From NCBI GenBank assembly GCA_965218425.1, contig OZ244621.1, positions 3,520,001 through 3,584,000 on the forward strand: a stretch of 64,000 nt of DNA, in the 5' to 3' direction. The stretch is from an uncultured Candidatus Binatia bacterium. Its GTDB lineage: Bacteria > Desulfobacterota > Binatia > UBA9968 > CAXXLF01. The notes under the pieces were generated by a model that was given only the letters and a program-made list of their open reading frames with translations, ran no database searches and was not told the origin of the DNA. Made by a program: the position numbers and the translations under genes. The number at the start of each line of letters is the position of its first letter. Positions within the stretch are counted from its first letter, which is position 1. Of this stretch, positions 59,934 through 64,000 are shown piece after piece.

Positions 59934-60953
59934 ATGCCTACCATCGATGCTGATGCGCATGTTCATGAGACTGAACAAACCTGGGAGTACATGGAAGGAT
60001 CGGACGCACGGTATAGACCTGTTGTCGTAAGCTCTAATAATGAACGGCGAACCTTTTGGATGATTGACGGCAGAATTTTTGGTCGTGGGGGAAACGTAAA
60101 TAAAGAAATACCGCCTGCCGTTCGCGAGATGCGAGACATCGAGTCGCGGCTCAAGCATATGGATGAGTTGGATATCGATGTCCAGGTTCTTTACCCCTCG
60201 TTATTCTTGAAGCCTCTCACTGATAAACCGGAGGTGGAGGCGGCGATATTCAAGGGCTACAACCGTTGGATGGCGGATGTCTGGAGAAAGTCAGAAAATC
60301 GTCTCCGGTGGGTATCCATGGTGCCCCTAATGAGCATAGACGAGTCTATTGAAGAGGCGAGATTTGCCAAGGACAATGGCGGGTGTGGGCTATTTTTCCG
60401 TGGTCTACCCGTTGGCAACAAGCTACTAAGCGATCCTTATTACTATACCCTTTATGAGGAGGCGGCGAGGTTAAGTCTTCCTATTTGCATCCACGCGTCG
60501 ACTGGCGACTTTGAGTGGGTGGAGCTTTTCAATGATGAGAGTGGGTTTGCGAAATTCAAGCTGGCCCCGCTCTCTGCGTTTCATTCCATTTTAAACGACG
60601 GTGTCCCATCCAAGTTCCCAACGCTGAGATTCGGCTTCATTGAAATTCGGGCACAATGGGTTCCCTATGCCATCGTGGATATAAGAAAACGTTTCGAACA
60701 AAAGGGCAAGCCTCTGGCCAAAGAAGCCCTGAGGGACAACCGCCTTTTCGTGGCCTGCCAGACCGACGATGATTTGCCTTACGTCTTGAAATATGCCGGT
60801 GAGGACAACATCGTGATTGGTTCCGATTACGGACACGCGGACACATCAAGTGAAATCGAAGCGTTGCGAAGACTAAAGGACGAGGGCGAGGTGAAGCCTG
60901 AGGTGATCGATAAGATTCTTTACGCTAACGCGAAAGCGCTGTACGGAATCTAG
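59934..60953 (+). CDS. Amidohydrolase_2 family protein
   Basis: IDADAH, YNRWMA, PICIH, FIE, GSDYGHAD. Confidence 0.88.
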   Translation: MPTIDADAHVHETEQTWEYMEGSDARYRPVVVSSNNERRTFWMIDGRIFGRGGNVNKEIPPAVREMRDIESRLKHMDELDIDVQVLYPSLFLKPLTDKPEVEAAIFKGYNRWMADVWRKSENRLRWVSMVPLMSIDESIEEARFAKDNGGCGLFFRGLPVGNKLLSDPYYYTLYEEAARLSLPICIHASTGDFEWVELFNDESGFAKFKLAPLSAFHSILNDGVPSKFPTLRFGFIEIRAQWVPYAIVDIRKRFEQKGKPLAKEALRDNRLFVACQTDDDLPYVLKYAGEDNIVIGSDYGHADTSSEIEALRRLKDEGEVKPEVIDKILYANAKALYGI

Positions 60954-61071
60954 GGTGATTTGCTAATATTGCCTGTTGATTCGAAAGCAGTCGGAGGAAT
61001 TGTTTTGGCCTTTCCACCGTCATCAAAGTCGGCTCCTCTTTGCGGTTTCTCTCTAAAACTACAAGGTCGCC

Positions 61072-62805
61072 ATGGACGAAGTAGGATCTAAACCTCAAAG
61101 GTTTTTTCTGCCCTGGAAACGTCGCCTCAATGGGGGGCTTTTGCTCATGGTCCTACTGCTGGGTACCATGGGTTTTTATATACTGTATCCACTTCTGTTG
61201 ATTCTCATTAACAGCTTTAACGTAGCCTCCATTGCCGATCCGCCGGTTTATAGTCTTGAGGCCTGGAGGGTAGCGTTCAGCGACGCGGACCTGTGGGTTT
61301 CACTCTGGAATACCATCAAGATTGCCGCAGTTTATCAAACCATTGCCTTCCCGATCGGCATCATTATCGCCTGGCTGCTTGCCCGGACGAATATGCCCTT
61401 TGCCAGGGGCTTTGAATTCATGTTTTGGGTGTCTTTTCTACTCCCTAATCTTGCGACCACATTCGGCTGGATTATGCTTTTGGACCCCAGTACGGGACTC
61501 ATCAATAAATGGCTAAAAGAGCTGCCACTCTTAAATGGGCTTTCTTTCGATATTTATTCTTTTTGGGGAATCATCTGGGCCCATTTGATGGCCAACGGGA
61601 TTTCCATCAAGGTGATGCTATTGACGCCGGCGTTTCGCAGAATGGATGCCTCCCTGGAGGAGGCCAGTCGAATGATGGGCGGGAACACCCTGATTACAAT
61701 GCTGCGCATTACGATACCGGTTATGACACCGGCTCTGGTTGTGGTGTTTTTGTTGAGTTTGATTCGAATGTTCAGCACCTTTGAGACCGAACTGCTTTTA
61801 GGGGCGCCGTGGGGTTTTTATGTTTACTCCACCAAGATCGTAGACCTTGCGAAGCAGGATCCGCCCTTATTAAATCAAGCGGCTGCCTTGGGCAGTATTA
61901 CACTTCTATTCTTGGCCGTCTTTATTCCCCTGCAAAGATGGCTGATTGCCCGCCGCCAGTTCACCACAGTGACAAGCCAGTTTAAACCTAAACTGGTGGA
62001 CCTGGGGCCTTGGAAGATTGCTGCAACGGCTCTTGTTTTCCTGGTTACCTGTTTACTGGTGATCATACCTAGCCTCAGCGTATTGGGTAGTACCTTTATG
62101 GTACATTTTGGATTCTTTAATTTGCCTGACACCTGGACCTTGGAATACTGGCAATTGGGACTGAACGATCAAGGATTGTTACGAGCCTTTACAAATACCA
62201 TGATCATAGCGGGTGCCGCGGCTTTGGTTGGCCCTTTTTTATTTTCCCTGGTGGCTTATGTGTTGGTTCGAACGAGACTCCCCGGCCGTTCTTTGCTGGA
62301 CTCCCTCTGCTGGATTCCCTCTGCCATTCCGGGCATCCTTGCGGGGTTAGGGCTTCTTTGGATGTTTCTTGGAACTCCGTTCTTTCGGCCGTTCTACGGC
62401 AGCCTGTTTCTTTTGACTCTGGCCACTGTACTCGGCGGGGTCACTCTAGCCACTCAGGTGCTGAAGTCCAATTTTATTCAGTTAGGAAATGAACTGGAAG
62501 AAGCCTCTCGCATGTCCGGCGCCGGGTTTTGGCGGACCTATTTTAAAGTCGTTCTTCCCTTGATGGCGCAAACCATGGTTCTAATAGGTGTATTAAAGTT
62601 TATGTTTGCGGCTCAACATACCTCCAGTATTATCTTGCTTGCCACTTCACATACTTGGACGCTATCGTTGCTTACTCTTGAGCAAATTTCATACGGATAC
62701 TATGAGCAAGCCAGCATTACCATCTCGCTGATTATCGTGCTTACCCTCGGGTTAGCGATCGTAGCCAGATCCTTTGGTCTAAAGGTGGGAGTTCGAGCGG
62801 ATTAG
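61072..62805 (+). CDS. ABC permease, duplicated-domain FbpB-like
   Basis: Two EAA motifs (LEEASRMMG, LEEASRMSG); about 12 TM segments. Confidence 0.88.
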   Translation: MDEVGSKPQRFFLPWKRRLNGGLLLMVLLLGTMGFYILYPLLLILINSFNVASIADPPVYSLEAWRVAFSDADLWVSLWNTIKIAAVYQTIAFPIGIIIAWLLARTNMPFARGFEFMFWVSFLLPNLATTFGWIMLLDPSTGLINKWLKELPLLNGLSFDIYSFWGIIWAHLMANGISIKVMLLTPAFRRMDASLEEASRMMGGNTLITMLRITIPVMTPALVVVFLLSLIRMFSTFETELLLGAPWGFYVYSTKIVDLAKQDPPLLNQAAALGSITLLFLAVFIPLQRWLIARRQFTTVTSQFKPKLVDLGPWKIAATALVFLVTCLLVIIPSLSVLGSTFMVHFGFFNLPDTWTLEYWQLGLNDQGLLRAFTNTMIIAGAAALVGPFLFSLVAYVLVRTRLPGRSLLDSLCWIPSAIPGILAGLGLLWMFLGTPFFRPFYGSLFLLTLATVLGGVTLATQVLKSNFIQLGNELEEASRMSGAGFWRTYFKVVLPLMAQTMVLIGVLKFMFAAQHTSSIILLATSHTWTLSLLTLEQISYGYYEQASITISLIIVLTLGLAIVARSFGLKVGVRAD

Positions 62806-62911
62806 GCTTTTCTAAGGTCAACTAAATAGCCTTCGGTGAATGCTCTAAATCTGCTATTCTAGAGTTGCTATGTAGTTCTCTCTAAACCATCCATAAGGAG
62901 AGATTATCTTT

Positions 62912-63804
62912 ATGGATGGAATCATCGGATGCATGGCCATGTCCCATGCGCCTCAGTTGATGCTTAAGCCTGATCGGTGGGGTCTTTTGAATACTAGAAG
63001 CGGGGATTTTCTGCCGGAGCGTCCTGACCTCAAGAATGAAACAATGGACGTAAAGTGGTCGAAATGGAGTCGCTGCCAAGCCGCTATTGATATTCTCCGG
63101 CTCAAACTGGAGGAGCTTGCTCCAGATGTGGTGATTCTTATCGGGGATGACCAGCACGAAAACATCCTGGAGGACAATACACCTCCGTTCACGGTCTTTA
63201 CGGGGGAGGAATTCGAGGCGAGCGTTAGTCTTAGGTACCTCAACCAACCTAAATCGGAAAACCGGACTCGCTATAAAGTGAATACCGACATGGCCATGGC
63301 CATCACGAATGCGCTCATGGAGATGGAATTCGACCCTGCTTACTCTAACAAGACTCGTTACGAGGGCGGAATGGGGCATGCCTTTGCACGAGTCCTTAAG
63401 TTCCTCACGCCAGAACATCGATCCCCGTGGTTCCTATCATGGTGAACACCTATTATCCCCCGGCCCCTTCGGCCAAACGTTGCGTTCGCTTCGGAAAGTT
63501 ATTAGCGACCGTCATCAGGCAGTTTCCAGGTCAGGGCCGTGTCATAATCATTGGGTCAGGAGGTCTCAGTCGCACCAAGATTGATGAGGAATTGGATCGA
63601 GGATTTATACGCGCCTGGAAAGGAAACGACATGGGATACCTCGATTCCTTTTCTTTGTCTGCCTTGATTGAAGGGACCTCTGAAATAAGAAACTGGATCG
63701 TCACCGCAGCCGCGGCGGATCGGCCCGCGAAAATGGTGGAGTATTCCCCCCTTTACAGGACCACCAATGGCGTGGGCTGCGCCATGGGATTTGCCACCTG
63801 GTAA
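62912..63804 (+). pseudogene. LigB-family extradiol dioxygenase, frameshifted near 63420
   Basis: SHAP, GDDQHE, GHAF in one frame; IPVVPIMVNT...GTSEIRNW in another; GGLSR replaces GGLSH. Confidence 0.85.
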
Positions 63805-63843
63805 AGGACTAGGCAAGAGCTCAACTCAAACCGGTAACGGAAA

Positions 63844-64000
63844 ATGTTAACCAAAGAGGAAAATGAGCAGCTGACCAGGGTAGGCCCCGGCACCTTAATG
63901 GGTGAGCTCATGAGGCATTATTGGATGCCGGCTCTACTTTCTTCGGAACTTCCCAAATCTGACGGATCCCCCCTGAGGGTGAGGCTTCTGGGTGAAGACC
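63844..64000 (+). CDS. Rieske oxygenase alpha subunit, N-terminus (runs off window)
   Basis: MLTKEENEQLTRVGPGTLMGELMRHYWMP...VRLLGED. Confidence 0.85.
   Translation, partial: MLTKEENEQLTRVGPGTLMGELMRHYWMPALLSSELPKSDGSPLRVRLLGED

Noticed and set aside
1..64000. CRISPR array, rRNA, tRNA, prophage or known defence system
   Set aside because: No regularly spaced repeats, RNA-gene signatures, phage structural genes or defence motifs were seen by eye

Overview
Bacterial 64-kb window with three parts. (1) Two arrays of catabolic paralogues, at 1-8.9 kb and 42-64 kb, plus outliers at 15-18.6 kb. Together they hold 7 Rieske non-heme oxygenase alpha subunits (one partial), 6 bicupin proteins, 2 LigB-type extradiol dioxygenases (one disrupted), 5 related solute-binding proteins, 2 amidohydrolases, 2 OCD/mu-crystallin proteins, a UbiD decarboxylase, an SDR and an ABC permease. 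No reductase, ferredoxin or regulator was seen. This content resembles Ca. Binatota/'Deltaproteobacteria' MAGs (inference only). (2) A decayed accessory zone at about 9-19 kb. It has a split urea-carboxylase-type carboxyltransferase pair, RidA and ABC-ATPase pseudogenes, remnants of IS110, ISAs1, IS21 and RAYT elements, and an IS5-derived MITE. (3) A mosaic block at about 19-42 kb. It contains a D-Ala-D-Ala dipeptidase, a TorF-like porin, a potABCD-like operon, a methyltransferase, a partner-switching signalling cluster linked to an Amt transporter, a frameshifted beta-barrel gene and SthA. The pot operon is interrupted by a complete 2017-bp IS1595 element with imperfect TIRs and an 8-bp TSD, which carries three passenger ORFs and a strongly structured non-coding region. 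No rRNA, tRNA or CRISPR array was seen. All calls come from reading motifs by eye; no database search was run.
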